DNA of 64,000 nt. It comes from Octopus vulgaris. Taxonomy: Eukaryota. Position numbers and translations under genes: made by a program. The DNA lies in NCBI GenBank assembly GCA_951406725.2, contig OX597822.1, forward strand, positions 744,001-808,000. The letters are read 5' to 3'. This document shows, one piece after another, positions 14,907 through 27,990 of the stretch; positions within the stretch are counted from its first letter, which is position 1; each line of letters opens with the position of its first letter. Below the pieces are notes generated by a model, which saw only the letters and a list, made by a program, of their open reading frames with translations, was not told where the DNA came from and searched no databases.

Positions 14907-14921
14907 GTATATATATATATA

Positions 14922-15079
14922 TCTTTTACTCTCTTTTACTTGTTTCAGTCATTTGACTGCGGTCATGCTGGAGCACCGCCTTTTAGTCGAGCAAATTGAC
15001 CTCGGTACTTATTCTGTCGGTCTCTTTTGCCGAACTGCTAAGTGACGGGGACGTAAACACAACAGGGGGACAAACACAT

Positions 15080-15118
<39 letters not shown>

Positions 15119-15286
15119 CATATATACGACAGGCTTCTTTCAGTTTCCGCCTACCAAATCCACTCACAAGGCATTGGTCGGCCCGGGGCTATAGCAGAAG
15201 ACACTTGCCCAAGATGCCACGCAGTGGGACTGAACCCGGGAAATGTGGTTGGTTAGCAAGCTACTTACCACACAGCCACTCCTGTG

Positions 15287-15289
<3 letters not shown>
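14922..15289 (-). mobile_element. SINE family A, near full length
   Basis: Reverse complement of 9204-9603. Confidence 0.9.
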
Positions 15290-15359
<70 letters not shown>

Positions 15360-15671
15360 TGCATGCGTGTTTGTGTGTGTGTATGAGTGTGAATATGTGC
15401 GTGCGTGTGTATGTTATGAACATGAAAATTTTGAACAAGAATTTCCATAGATTGTATTATATGCCTACATAAATATATATGTAATTTCTTTCACGCAAAG
15501 AACCAAGTATTTGGTAGTTTTCTTTCATTACACTTGAAATAAATCTAAGGAAGAATCGATCTTCGTGGAACATTTTCAATAATACACACATACATATATA
15601 GACACACATATATAGACACACACACATATGTCTATCAGCATATATATACATATGCATGTGTGCATGTGTAT

Positions 15672-15905
15672 ATCTATATATATAAAACTAAGAAAGCGTG
15701 TCTGTCTGTGTGAATCCCTAAAACTTGAGAACTACACAACCAATTTCATTCAAATTTTACACCTGCCTTACTTAGGGTCCATGTAGTGTCATGGGCAAAA
15801 AATGTTTAACTTTTTGCCTAGGACAGGCCCACAGCAATATCATATCTTCTCCACTATTTCAGTATTACGTATTAAAAGTGAAACAAAAGCATCTCTCAAT
15901 TGGAA
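15672..15905 (+). mobile_element. Helitron-like 5' fragment
   Basis: A|TCTATATATATAAAACT...GTGTCTGTCTGTGTG...CCAATTTCATTCAAATTTTAC start. Confidence 0.5.
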
Positions 15906-15944
15906 GTATATGGATGTATATATATATACATGTATATTAGTAAC

Positions 15945-17760
15945 AAAAAAGAGGAATTTCGGTTGTCCCCACGTGGTGGCTTGTAATGTATATAAGAAAT
16001 TAAAAAAGGAAAATACGCCCACTTACATGGTTTTAATATAATTTTTAATATATCGACCGGTTTCGCTATCGCTATTCATGATATAATGTTTAATTTATAT
16101 GAATATATATTTTTTCTTAAGAAGAAATTTGGTCCATGTTGTGATGAAATTCACGAGTGAATGACTTCACATGTAGACAAATAAAGGGAGGTAATTGGTT
16201 GTTATTATTGTTATTGTTGTGTGTAAGGGAGATAACTGTTCAGGTTTTGGTAATGGGTGTGGAATAAAAATATGTACAGAAAAGAGACAGGTTTAAAAAA
16301 AAGACCTTGTTTAGTTGGGGATTTATGTACAGTGATGTAATATGTAGAAATATAAAAGCCGGTTATGCGTGCATATAAAGACGTGTTTTGTATTTTTCAA
16401 TGAAAAAAAGTTTCTTTATTTAAGCGTTCTAGTTGAGAGAGTGTGTCTTTGCACTAGTAGAAAGGTAAGACTGTGAAATTTGGTTTGATGTTACCTGCAC
16501 ATTTTTCTATGTGTTCACCGAGAGGAATTTGTCTGTATTGCGGGAAACGGATTTGCTCTTTATGGAGAGTGATTCTCTTCCTCAAAGTTAAACTCGTTTG
16601 TCCAATGTACTGATGACCGCAACCCGAGCATGTTATTACATAAATTAGGTTCTCAGAGGCACAGGTGAAACTAGTTTTAATTCTGAACCTCTGTCCTTGT
16701 TTGAAAAGGAAATCCGAGCCTTCAAGCAGGTTGGGGCAGGTTCCACAGTTCAGGCGTCCACATTTTTCAACCGTTGGTTTTGTGGTTGTTTTGTAAAGCT
16801 TCGCATTTGTTAGTAGTCTCTTTAGCGATTTGTCTTGTCTTTTTGCATTTGATGAGTTTGTGTGTTTTCAGGATGTCGTTCATTTTTGGATCTCTAGTTA
16901 GTAAAGGGAGAGTTTGCACAATAGTGTTGAATGCCTCACTGTTTCTGGGGTTGTGTGTTGATATAAAAAGTAATGTTTTGGTTTGAGGTGTGGTGCTATG
17001 TTTTTTTGTTCTTAGTGTTTTTGTGTCTAATTATTTAGCACGTTTAATTCCCTCGTTGATAAGAGAGAGTGGATATTGTCTTTCAATAAGTGTTGTTTTG
17101 AGGTCTTGAAGACGAAGGTCCCGAGTTGTTCTATCAGACACTATTGTGCAGATCCTTTTTGCTAAGTTAAAAGGGATATTTATTTTTATGTGTTTCGGGT
17201 GGCATGAGTTAAAAAGAAGATATTGTTTTGAGTCAGATGGTTTATAATAAATGTCAGTTATGTTTTCATTGTTAACTTTTTTTATCATAATGTCTAAAAA
17301 TGGAAGTTGTTCTTTGTCATATTCCATTGTGAATTGAATGTTACTATATATGGTCATTTAGTGTTGTTTTGAAATCCATAAGTTTGTCGATCTTCTCCTT
17401 CCAGATGATAATGCAGTCATCCAGGTATCGCTTCCAATTTTCTCTTATGTAGAGGTAAAATGGGTAACCATATTTCTGAAGTGATACTTCATATAAGGTG
17501 AATTCAAAATAAACCATTATTAGGTTCGCAAGAACAGGAGCTGCTTTCGTCACCATCGCGCTTCCGCATTTCTGACGATAGTATGTGTCATCAAATAGGA
17601 AATAATTGTTCTGAAGTATAGATTTTAAGGATTCAATAATAAAGATCTGGTTTATGCGTTCCGGGAGGACTTCGGGGTACTTTTCCAACCAGAATTTAAT
17701 TGCTTTTATTCCATAGTCATGGGGGATGTTGGTGTAAAGATTGATAACATCGATTGATAT
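15945..17760 (-). mobile_element. Penelope-like retroelement, 5'-truncated and frameshifted (RT plus GIY-YIG endonuclease)
   Basis: RT motifs SIDVINLYTNIP, QKCGSAM..AAPVLANL, WKRYLDD and LPFLDI..TDIYYKPSD (17031-17757). Downstream: CGRLNCGTC and FTCASENLIYVITCSGCGHQYIGQT..LRKRI..H, a GIY-YIG domain with a Cys-rich linker (~16400-16770). HHR relic in the 3' UTR. Confidence 0.93.
16049..16085 (-). ncRNA. Decayed minimal hammerhead ribozyme in the Penelope 3' UTR
   Basis: UAUAUC-[AUGAAUA]-GCGAUAGC-GAAA-CCG-GUC-GAUAUA: 6-bp stem I and palindromic stem III (ACCGGU), but the CUGANGA core is mutated. Confidence 0.6.
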
Positions 17761-17900
17761 ACATGTATATATATAGACGTATATATACATGTATATGTAT
17801 AGACGTATATGCATGTATATGTATAGACGTATATACATGTATATGTATAGCTGTATATGTATACATGTATATGTATAGATGTATTTCTATAGATATACAT
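17757..17900. repeat. ~24-bp minisatellite (ATATACATGTATATGTATAGACGT-like)
   Basis: Unit repeated about 5 times with variation. Confidence 0.7.
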
Positions 17901-18017
17901 GTATGTCTAGATGTATATATAGATGTAGATGTAATATATACACATATACAGGCATACATATATACACCTATACACACCTACACACACACCGACCCCCCCA
18001 CACACACACGCATACAT

Positions 18018-18395
18018 AGGTGCAGGTGTGGCAACAAACTTGGTTCCAAAACACTTGGTCCTCAGTTCAGTCCCACTGTGTGGTAACTTGGCATGTGTCT
18101 TTTGCTATAGCGTGAGACCAACCAAAGTGAATTTTGTAGACAGAAACTGAAAGAAATCAATTGTATGTATATGTATGAATATATGTAAGTCTATGTGTGT
18201 GTCTTTGTGTTTCTCCCTAATCACTGCTTCACAACTGATGTTCGTTTATTTACATCCCCATAACTTACTAGTTTCACAAGAAGAAACTGATAGAATAAAT
18301 ACCAGGCTTATCAAAATATCAAAATATAAAAAAGCACTACGCAGTGTCTCATATTTTTGTTTGCCCACTAAGTTGTATCTATCAATTTATCTTTG
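18018..18395 (+). mobile_element. Degenerate SINE family A plus flank, duplicated at 20194-20450
   Basis: GGTGCAGGTGTGGC head. 18130-18395 aligns with 20195-20450, including non-SINE flank. Confidence 0.75.
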
Positions 18396-18416
18396 TGTGT
18401 GTGTGTGTGTACATAC

Positions 18417-18470
<54 letters not shown>

Positions 18471-18551
18471 ATTTCGTAGACAGGAACTGAACCAAATCAA
18501 TCGTATATATATATATATGTATGTATATATGTAATATGTAAGTGTATGTGT

Positions 18552-20193
18552 TTTGGTATTGGCAACATGAATGATAATGGTCAGAGACTACTTGAATCTT
18601 GCACATACCATAACCTGTGCATCACTAACACATTCTTTGCCAACAAGACATCCCACAAGGCATCTTGGAGACATCCAAGATCTCACCACTGGCATCAGCT
18701 GAATCTCATCATTACACAATTTCTGAATTCTGTTCAACTGACCCGTAGTTACCACAGCGCGGATTGTGACACAGATCATTCACTAATAAGAAGCAGGGTG
18801 AGGAGTCCAGAGAGCAGAAAATGCCATTATATATGGCCTTCATTGATCTGACAAAGGCCTTTGACTTAGTAAGTAGAAAAGGCCTCTTCCTCCTGCTCCA
18901 AAAAATCTGACGTCCACCAAAGCTGCTGAGGATCATCACATCTTTCCATGATGATATGCAAGGCACCATACAGCACAATGGCTCAACATAAGCCGCCTTC
19001 CAAATAAAAAATGGTCTAAAGCAAGGTTGTGTCCTTGCTCCTACATTATTTGGCATCTTCTTCTCGCTGCTGATGTCCCATGCCTTGGAGACATCAGATG
19101 ATGGAGTGTTTCTGCACAATAGAAGTGATGGGAAACTTGTTCAATCTCTCGCGTCTGCGTGCCAAGACAAAAATCAGAAGCGTCCTGATCAAGGAGATGC
19201 TATTTGCTGATGATGTCGTTCTGGTATCACACACAGAAGCCCTACAACTGTTTTGAGCAAGCATGTAGCAACTTTGGCTTAGTTATCAGCCTCAAGAAGA
19301 CCAAGATCATGGGTCAGGCTACATCGACCATCCCAAACATACGTATTGGAGACCACAGACTACAGGAGGTGGAGAAGTTTACCTATCTTGGCTCTACCGT
19401 CACCTACAACCTATCCCTTGATACTGAGCTCAATGTACGCATTGGCAAGGCAGCTGCTGTGATGGCCCAACTCTCCAAACGGGCATGGGACAACAATAAG
19501 CTGACCAAGACTACAAAAGTGAAGATTTACCAGGCATGCGTACTTAGCACTCTACTGTATCGAAGTGAGACTTGGACGCCATACACACGCCATACGACGC
19601 CATACGTCGCCTCCGGAAAATCCTTCGTATCAAATGGCAGAATCATGTCCCCAACAAAGATGTCCTCAAGCAAGCAGGAATACCAATCATGTTTGTACTC
19701 CTCACACAAAGACGTATGAGATGGCTTGGACATGTTAGCCGTATGGAAGATGGCAGAAGACCCAAGGACATACTCAACGGAGAGCTTGCTAGGGGCACTA
19801 GGTCTGTGGGAAGACCGTTCTTACGATACAAGGATGTTTGCAAAAGGGACATGAATGCCTGCAACATCAATATTACCAACTGGAAAGCAGTTGCCAGCAA
19901 CCTTGGAGATTGGCGACGTACCCTAAAAGAGGGAACACAAAGGAGTGACAGAGAGAGAGAGGAGAAATAGAAAAACAAGAAAAGATGTCAACAAGAAACT
20001 ATGACATTACAACCAGCCAGGCAAAGTCTTCGCTATATTTGCGGCACCTGCCAGAGGAAGTGTTTGTTCAGGATAGCACTACACAGCCACAGAAGGAGAT
20101 GTATTAGGACATGGAATGTAAAAGCCAGACTAGATTATTTTATGCGCAACTCCATTGTCTCCCGAGACAAAAAGGATGCCCAAAACAATATAA
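18552..20193 (+). mobile_element. RTE-clade LINE, 5'-truncated and internally deleted (APE plus RT remnants)
   Basis: APE motifs NDNGQRLL, NTFF, SWRHPRS, SADCDTDH. RT motifs FIDLTKAFD, GLKQGCVLAPTLF, LFADD, FTYLGS, RWLGHVSRM. RTE-type 3' end CCATTGTCTCCCGAGAC...GGATGCC. Stops and frameshifts present. Confidence 0.93.
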
Positions 20194-20448
20194 ATGGATT
20201 TCGTAGACAGGAACTGAAACAAATCAATCGTATATATATGTATATATGTAAATGTATGTGTGTGTCTTTGTCTCTGTGTTTCGCCCTCATCACTCCTTCA
20301 CAACTGCTGTTCATTATTTACATCCACATAACTTACTGGTTTCACAAGAACAAACTAATAGAATAAGTACTAGGCTTATCAACATAAAAAAGCACTGTGT
20401 CTCATATTTTTGTTTGTCCACTCAGTTGTATCTATCAATTTATCTTTG

Positions 20449-20509
<61 letters not shown>

Positions 20510-20519
<10 letters not shown>

Positions 20520-21797
20520 CCCTAATGGGAGACTTAACTCCCAAATTTTAGTAATTTCTTTTATGATCCAAAACTAGGTCAAAAGTACTGAATGGATCTT
20601 TATGAAATTTGGAAATTATATTCTAAGCATAAGGGCCATAACCCCCATGACAATTCATATATTTTTGCTGTTGATGAAATTTTAACCATAGATATTAAAC
20701 ACAAATGAAGTAATATTTATAAAATTCCATCTTCTTACAAAGTTAGAAACACCCCTCAATGGGGACTTAACACCCACAATTTTGTCATTTTATCTAAGCA
20801 AAAACGAATACAGTTGTGCTCTTGGAAGCTGTAGGGTTACCCGAGCATAAAAGTTGGGCATTATTTCTAGTTCAATGGTACAACAGTGTAACAGTTTGCT
20901 TTGTCATACACTTACATTGTGATTTCTGCATTGTATTGTATAAATTGTGAAGTAAATGAGAAGCATCTTTGCCTCCACTGATTCAGTTGCAAAGTGTTGA
21001 GTAAAGTTATTTGATTGCAGGTCTCCTTTCAGTCTTTTTATTATCACTCGGTCACACAGTCTCCAGATGGTAACATTGATTTCAAGGCCTTCCCAGATGA
21101 GTGACTGGTTATTCAAAGACATTCATAGATTTTAAATTTATTCTGTTACGTATCAATATAGTGGTCATTTGCAAACTCCAGAGGTGACACTTTAATTTCT
21201 CCTTAGCCCTCACGTCACACAGTTGTTAATGTTGATTTCAGTTGGGTCACGCCCTTCCAATTGCTGTGCCTGTCACCTGGATGGTGAGGAATCCTACATT
21301 GGGAGTGGTAACGACTAGGGTAGGATAACTGACTTACTGTGATCATTAGTCTTTTGGTTTCCTGTAGCTTTGCTCTCTTTTACAAACCCAGTGAACATAT
21401 ATTTCCTATTTCAAAGAAATTCAAACAATAAATATAAGACCGAAGTTAAAAATTTTCAACAATTCAACTCCTCTGGTTGACATTAAGATGCCCACCCCCA
21501 ACAGGTGTCTTAACTCTCACATTTTAGAGCTCCATGACCTTCATTTTTTCAGGAGCAAAATCTTTTTAACAGGTTCAATAAGACTGGAATTTTGGAATAT
21601 GCGCATAAAAATCAGTAGTATGGGATACATGTGGCACGATTACAATTTTTTTAGGGTGTGTAAAGAGGGAAATAACACTCATCAGCAATTTTGATGAAAT
21701 TCGAAATATAGATATTCCAGTTCATTAGAGAAAATATAACAGAAAAGTCTAATTCTTCAATTGAATGTAACCGGACAACGCCGGGTATCTCTGCTAG
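20510..21797 (+). mobile_element. Internally deleted Helitron
   Basis: 3' hairpin CCGGACAACGCCGG followed by ...CTGCTAG|T. Possible helicase remnant LEAVGLPEH near 20820. The 5' end is lost in (TA)n. Confidence 0.7.
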
Positions 21798-21873
21798 TCT
21801 ATATATATGTATACGTACATATATTTATGTATATATATTTGCATATGTATATATATGTGCATATGTATATAGA

Positions 21874-21909
<36 letters not shown>

Positions 21910-22373
21910 ACACATTGTTTTTCTATATTTCATCTATCAATTAACTGATGTACTAAATGAATCGATGTCTTTGATGAAAGATTTGGAGTCAAAAGTTGAA
22001 CTGTTTGATCAAATATTTTCATAACACTTACCGTGAGGATGGTGTTGGTGGTGGTGGTTGTGGTGATGGTTGCGGTGGTGGTGCTGATAAGATGGTAGTA
22101 GTAGTAGTAGTAGTGAGTGCAGTGGGGTTTATGCTGGTTAAGATTTTGAAGGAAGATGTGACTGCGATCTGGTGCTGCATGCGATAGAGGTTGTGGTGGT
22201 AGTGGTGGTGGTAATGGTGTTAGTGGTAGTGTTGTCGGTGGTGGTGATGGTGGTGATGATAGTAATGCTGATGGTGGTGGTAGTGGTGGTGGTGGTGGTG
22301 AAGATAGAAGGAAACATTTGGAACGCCATTAAGAGTTAAATAGCAGCTAATGGCTTCAGTTAAAAGGCTTGAT

Positions 22374-22472
<99 letters not shown>

Positions 22473-22752
22473 AGTGAAACGACGACCTCGTTCGAAGCAG
22501 GAGATAACAATTCAATCAGATTATAAAGTGTTATTATTTTTTGGGGGAGATTTTCGTTGGTCGAATAGTTTGGCTGGTTGGTTGGTTTGTTGGTAGGAGG
22601 ATAAGCTTGTTGATAAGCTTGTTGTTGTTTTTGTTGCTACTGTTCTTACTGTCCTTTTCATTTGTTAATCTTTTATCAGCATATAAATACAAACATACTT
22701 ACATACATGTATGTTCGTGCTTATTTATATGTATGTATGATTGTATGTATGT

Positions 22753-22821
<69 letters not shown>

Positions 22822-23249
22822 CACATATATATATATATATATTTACATATATGTATGAGTCGCTCTATCTTTATCTCTTCATCTTGTTCCTTTCTAATTG
22901 GCCGTAGAAATGGCACAGGTTGTTGAAGTTCGTTGCCCTTACGTGGATGTGAACATACCTGGTTGACTTGCGTTGGCTTCGCAGTGTTCAGGTGTGCGCA
23001 CCTGGTTGATTAAATAAAATTGCATTCTGGAAGCCAACCTCTGTCGCATGATTTTTATTCTACACCATATCTGAATGCAACACGTGGAAAGGACTGAAAG
23101 GCAGTATTCCCTCTTTTCTGTTGAATTGTAGGTTGATACTGATCTCAGCCTTAATCCTTAATCATTAGAGGAGCTTCATCAAGTCTACGTTGAGGCCTTG
23201 TCGATCAAGGATGAGCATGTATCGGCATATTTTCTTTAATTCTTTCTTA

Positions 23250-23515
23250 TACTTGTTTCAGTCATTAGACTGTGGCCTTGCTGGAGCACCACATTGGAGA
23301 ATCTTTTAGTCGAACGAATCGATCCCTGTGTTTAATTTTCTTTAAACCTGGTACTTATTCTATCGGCCTCTTTTGCTGAACCGTTACGGGGACGTCAATC
23401 CATCAACACCGGTGGGGGACAAACACAGAGACAGACAGACAGAAAGAGGCTATAGTAGAAGGCACTTTGCCAAGGTGTCACGCAAGCTTCTTACCACACA
23501 GCCACGCCTGTGCCC
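23250..23515 (-). mobile_element. SINE family A, internally deleted
   Basis: ACTTGTTTCAGTCATTAGACTG...ACCACACAGCCACGCCTG. Confidence 0.85.
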
Positions 23516-23729
23516 ATAGCCGCCCCCACACATGCTTGAACAAATCCTACCTTTCCTCACCACTGATATTTATCCAGGAGAAAAACCGCCACATTTGACT
23601 CTGTACAGCTTGAGAGCAGAGTCGTCCCAGAATTGCCATAATAGAGCAAAGAACCAGGACTGACACCGTCTGGCATCTCAACCGACGGTTTAATAGTTCT
23701 GAGGATCTACAGCCTTAGTTTTCACATCG

Positions 23730-24556
23730 ACATTAGGGTTAAACTGGTAATTATTTCATCGACCCTAAAGGCAAAGTCGACCGCAGCGCAATGTGAACTC
23801 AGAATGTAAAACGGACGAAATACCTCGAAGTATTTTGTCCGGTGCGTTAACGAAGAAAGGCAAAGACAACATTGGAGGGATTTGAACTCAGGATGTAGCG
23901 AGTTGGAATAAATACCGTGAGGTATTCTATCCAATGTGAATAACTCTGGTGATTCGACACTTCTTCCTTTATTAGCATCCAACCTTAATTCCTCTTAAAT
24001 CAGTCCCAAATTAAAAAGTCCCACCGTCTAAAAACGAATACACTGGACACTGTAACACAAGATACTCAGAGATTGAAAAATAGAAGGAAAAAAAGGCGTA
24101 ATTAGCTTTAATGGAAAATATTTGCCCGACAAGAAATGTGCTGTGCTGAAACAGGCACAAGGCCTGCAATTTTATGAAGACGGGCCTAGTATATTACATT
24201 GGCCCTAGTGCTCAACTGGTACTTCATCCCGAAAGGTTAAAAGGGAAAATCAACTTCGGCAGAATTTGAACTCACAACGTAAAAAGTTGGAAGAAATACC
24301 AGTAAGCAATTTGTCCGGAGTGCTATCGATCCAGCCGCTTACGGCTTTAATAACAATGGTTTTATATTTTGGCACAAGGCCTGAAATTTTAGTAGAGAAA
24401 GTTGACTACATCGACCTCAGTATTTGACTGGTACTTTTTTTATTGACTCCGAAATGATGAAAGGCAAAGCTAACCTCGGCGGAATTTGAACTTGGAATGT
24501 AAAGAACCGAAAGAAATACCACTAAGCATTTTGTCAGACGCTGTCCTCGCTGCCAT
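23730..24556 (-). mobile_element. Cluster of family B SINE copies
   Basis: Repeated AAAGGCAAAG...GAATTTGAACTCA(G/C)AA motifs and GGCACAAGGCCTG tails. Confidence 0.75.
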
Positions 24557-24679
<123 letters not shown>

Positions 24680-24689
24680 AATAAAATAG

Positions 24690-24918
24690 ATGCGCCCTTT
24701 TAAAGCCTCACCAGGCTCATGGGCTCGGTTTCCCGGTTTCAATGGCGTATATGTTCCCTAGCCGGACGGGAAGCCAGTCTATCGCAGCGTTACTCATTTT
24801 TGCCAGCTGAGTGGACTGGAGCAACGTGAAATGAAGTGTTTTGCTCAAGAACACAACTCGTGGCCCGGTCCAGGAATCGAAACCACAATCTTACGATCAT
24901 GATGCTGCACGCGCCTCC
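24690..24918 (-). mobile_element. SINE family C
   Basis: Nearly identical to 35421-35668 (CAGCTGAGTGGACTGGAGCAAC...GCTCAAGAACACAAC...CAGGAATCGAAACC). Confidence 0.85.
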
Positions 24919-24921
24919 AAA

Positions 24922-24981
<60 letters not shown>

Positions 24982-25074
24982 GCGGAGGAGGGGGAGGGGG
25001 AGAAACGTTTAGCATCCGGGGATACTAAAACATTCCTTCGAATATTATCCAATTCCTTCGAGAAAAGAAACAAC

Positions 25075-25483
25075 GGATCTTTTCGGTTTGAACGGCAGTT
25101 TTTACTAGCGGTGTCATATGAAATTGTCACCCATAATTATGACCCTATTATCGATCTATTGTATTTCAATCTGTTTTAGGGTTAGGGTTGGGGGGAAGGG
25201 TATCTTTTTTCTTCACAAATGTAAATAAACCCAATCTGTTTCTTAAACGAGGGACATATTCATACGGCACAGAATATTTTTTACTCCAATAGACGTATTT
25301 GATTGGTTGAAATTGCAGAAATTGAAGAAAAAAACAACAAATATCTTACAAACTATAGAATTTTCTCAATAAAGCCAAGAGAAAAAGATGTTTTATAAGC
25401 ACATTCTACCAGTATACGAAGTTTAAAATTTTTTAGTTACCGAGAAATTATGTTAAAAACTGCCGTTCAAACCGAAAAGATCC
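25075..25483 (+). mobile_element. MITE with 29-bp TIRs (GGATCTTTTCGGTTTGAACGGCAGTTTTT), copy 1
   Basis: Perfect TIRs at both ends, internal TTAGGG repeats, and an inverted second copy at 26595-27023. Confidence 0.9.
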
Positions 25484-25834
25484 TATGTCTATTCTGCTGC
25501 TTTCTTAACAGCGGTACTCTACACACACAGCGAAAATATAACAGTATATTCATGTTACGTTTGGAAGGAAAATAACCAAGATCTAGATATTTTACCTAAC
25601 CCCAGCAAACTTGTTAACCGAAGGAGATAAGTTATCAAAACGGAGAAAAATATCAGAAATTGGAATAGAAAAATTAAAAGAAAGAATACATTATGGAAAA
25701 AATAAATAATGATCGTAGGGTACTTAAGAACGATATAAGCACTGAGAGTATAAGATACAGAGATGGAGCTAGCACGTGCAATACAAAGTAAATAACGAAA
25801 TATAACAAACTCAAAACCTAGGACTATAAGATAA

Positions 25835-26040
25835 TGGCTTCAAATTTTGGCACAAGACCAGCACTTGTAGTGTAGTCTGTATATCAATTCCATCGATCCC
25901 AGTGGTTACCTGGCACTAATTTTACCGACCCCGAAAGGACAAGAGGTTAAGTGAACCTCGGCAGGATTTGAACCCAGAACGTAAAGACGCTAAGCATGTC
26001 ATCTGGCACGCTAAAGATTCTGCCAGCACGTCACCTTAAT
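25835..26040 (-). mobile_element. SINE family B
   Basis: GGCACAAGACC tail, CGACCCCGAAAGG core, GGATTTGAACCCAGAACG head motif. Confidence 0.75.
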
Positions 26041-26594
26041 GACTGCAAAAGTAATGAAAAATATAATACAAAACCAGAACAATAGAGACAAACTTTAGAA
26101 AGATTATAAAGTAGATCTAAAAGTTGGAATCTCTAAAGTTAGAAACCGTGATCATGATACACTATAATTTAAGAATTAAATAAGCAAAACAAAAAATAGA
26201 TCTTAATAAGGACCACCGAATGCGCCTACAAAAAATAAGATTTAATGATATGATAGCAACAACAATTAAAAGCATAAATTTGGATATCATAGGACTTAAT
26301 TGCAACAGGTGCAAAGAGCAACATTACTAGGCTGAATAAAATAATTTATTTCGACAGCCTCTGTGGTTACAAAAGAAAGTGGATATTCCCTAATATCCAC
26401 CCAAATAGGAATGTTAAAAACTCATGAAAATTACACGGAGAACAAACATTCAGAAAAAGACAGAGACTGGAGGAGAGGCTCTGGCAATCCTTTGTGAAAT
26501 CAGTAACAAACGCGCACCTCAAAACAACAGGGGATATAAATTACAAAACAGTGTGTACCTGAAGTAAAGAACGCCCAAAACAAGAAATCCTCCC

Positions 26595-27023
26595 AGATCT
26601 TTTCGGTTTGAACGGCAGTTTTTAACATAATTTCTAGGTAACTAAAAAATTTTAAACTTCGTATACTGGTAGAATGTGTTTATAAAACATCTTTTTCTCT
26701 TGGCTTTATTGAGAAAATTCTATAGTTTGTAAGATATTTGTTGTTTTTTTTCTTCAATTTCTGCAATTTCAACAAATCAATGATGTCTATTGAGCTAAAA
26801 AACATTCTGTGCCGTATGAATATGTCTCTCGTTTAAGAAACAGATTGGGTTTATTTACATTTGTGAAGAAAAAAAAGATACCCTTCCCCCACCCCTAACC
26901 CTAACCTTAACCCTAACCCTAAAACAGATTGAAATGCAATAGATCGATACTAGGGTCATAATTATGGGTGACAATTTCATATGACACCGCTAGAAAAAAC
27001 TGCCGTTCAAGCCGAAAAGATCC
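26595..27023 (-). mobile_element. MITE copy 2 (possibly Merlin-type)
   Basis: Reverse complement of 25075-25483. Flanked by ATCCTCCC / ATCCCCCC (7/8-identical 8-bp TSD). Carries (CCCTAA)n at ~26892-26922. Confidence 0.9.
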
Positions 27024-27499
27024 ATCCCCCCTAAGTCAAAAGGAGTCTTTCGGTAGGGAAAGCGCTAATGATTCTTTGAATAAAATAAAGGATTTGACTC
27101 TCACAAGAAAGGATCCTACCAAGAACTTTGTAAAAATAGAATAGAAACTAATTCAGAATTAGCAGCAAGAATAGTAGACAAATTTTGAGGAGTAGGGGCT
27201 GCGAAATAATCACCGTGGAAAACACTTAACAAAACAATAAACGCAGCACCTGAACAACCGGTTTAGGCCCAGGACCAGCATTTCAAGAGGAGTGACTGAC
27301 TGTTCACAACGACCCCAGTACGTGACTGGTACTTTATTTTATCTACCTTGTGGAACGAAAGGCGTAAAGAGCCGGAACAAATGCTGCAAGGTATTTTGAC
27401 CGCTACTCTAATGATACTGAATGCTGCCCTCCAGATTGCATTTTGTGCGACGCCCAAATGATTTTGCCTATTGATCACTACTTAACAACATCAGTAATT

Positions 27500-27990
27500 C
27501 TTTCCAATTTTGGCACAAGGCCAGCAATTTTGAGGGAAGTGTCCAAGTCGATTATGCGGAGGCACATGGCCTAGTGGTTAGAGCAGCGGTCGAGGGATCG
27601 CGGGTTCGAATCCTCAGACTGGGTGATGTGTGTGTTTATGAGCGAAACACCTAAGCTCCACGCAGCTCCGGTAGAAGGTAATGGCGAACTTCTACTGACT
27701 CTTTCGCCACAACTTTCTCTCACTCTTTTCTCCTGCATCTGGCGTCCCGTCCAGATGAGGAACCTATACGCCAAGGAAACTGGGAAACCGGCCCTTATGA
27801 GCCAGGCATGGCTCGAGAAGGAACAAGTCGATTATGTCGATCCCAATGCTTGGCTGGCGCTATATTTTATCGACCCCGAAAGAAAGAAAAGTAAAGTTGA
27901 CCTCCGTGGGATTTGAACTCGGAGCTCAAAGAGCCGTAAGGAATACTGCAAGACATTTTATCCAAAGCACTGATGATTCTGTCTATCCAC
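27500..27990 (-). mobile_element. SINE family B interrupted by a family C SINE
   Basis: Family B motifs lie on both sides of the insertion. Confidence 0.8.
27557..27823 (+). mobile_element. SINE family C variant with 13-bp TSD
   Basis: A-box TGGCCTAGTGG, B-box GGTTCGAATCC. TSD CAAGTCGATTATG at 27544-27556 and 27824-27836. Confidence 0.9.

Noticed and set aside
22956-22966. TACCTGGTTGA, matching the 5' end of 18S rRNA
   Set aside because: The match stops after 11 nt; chance similarity.
26892-26922. (CCCTAA)n as a telomere or chromosome fusion scar
   Set aside because: It is short and internal to a MITE present in two copies.
27557-27625. tRNA-like sequence with good A and B boxes
   Set aside because: It is the head of a SINE with a TSD, not a tRNA gene.
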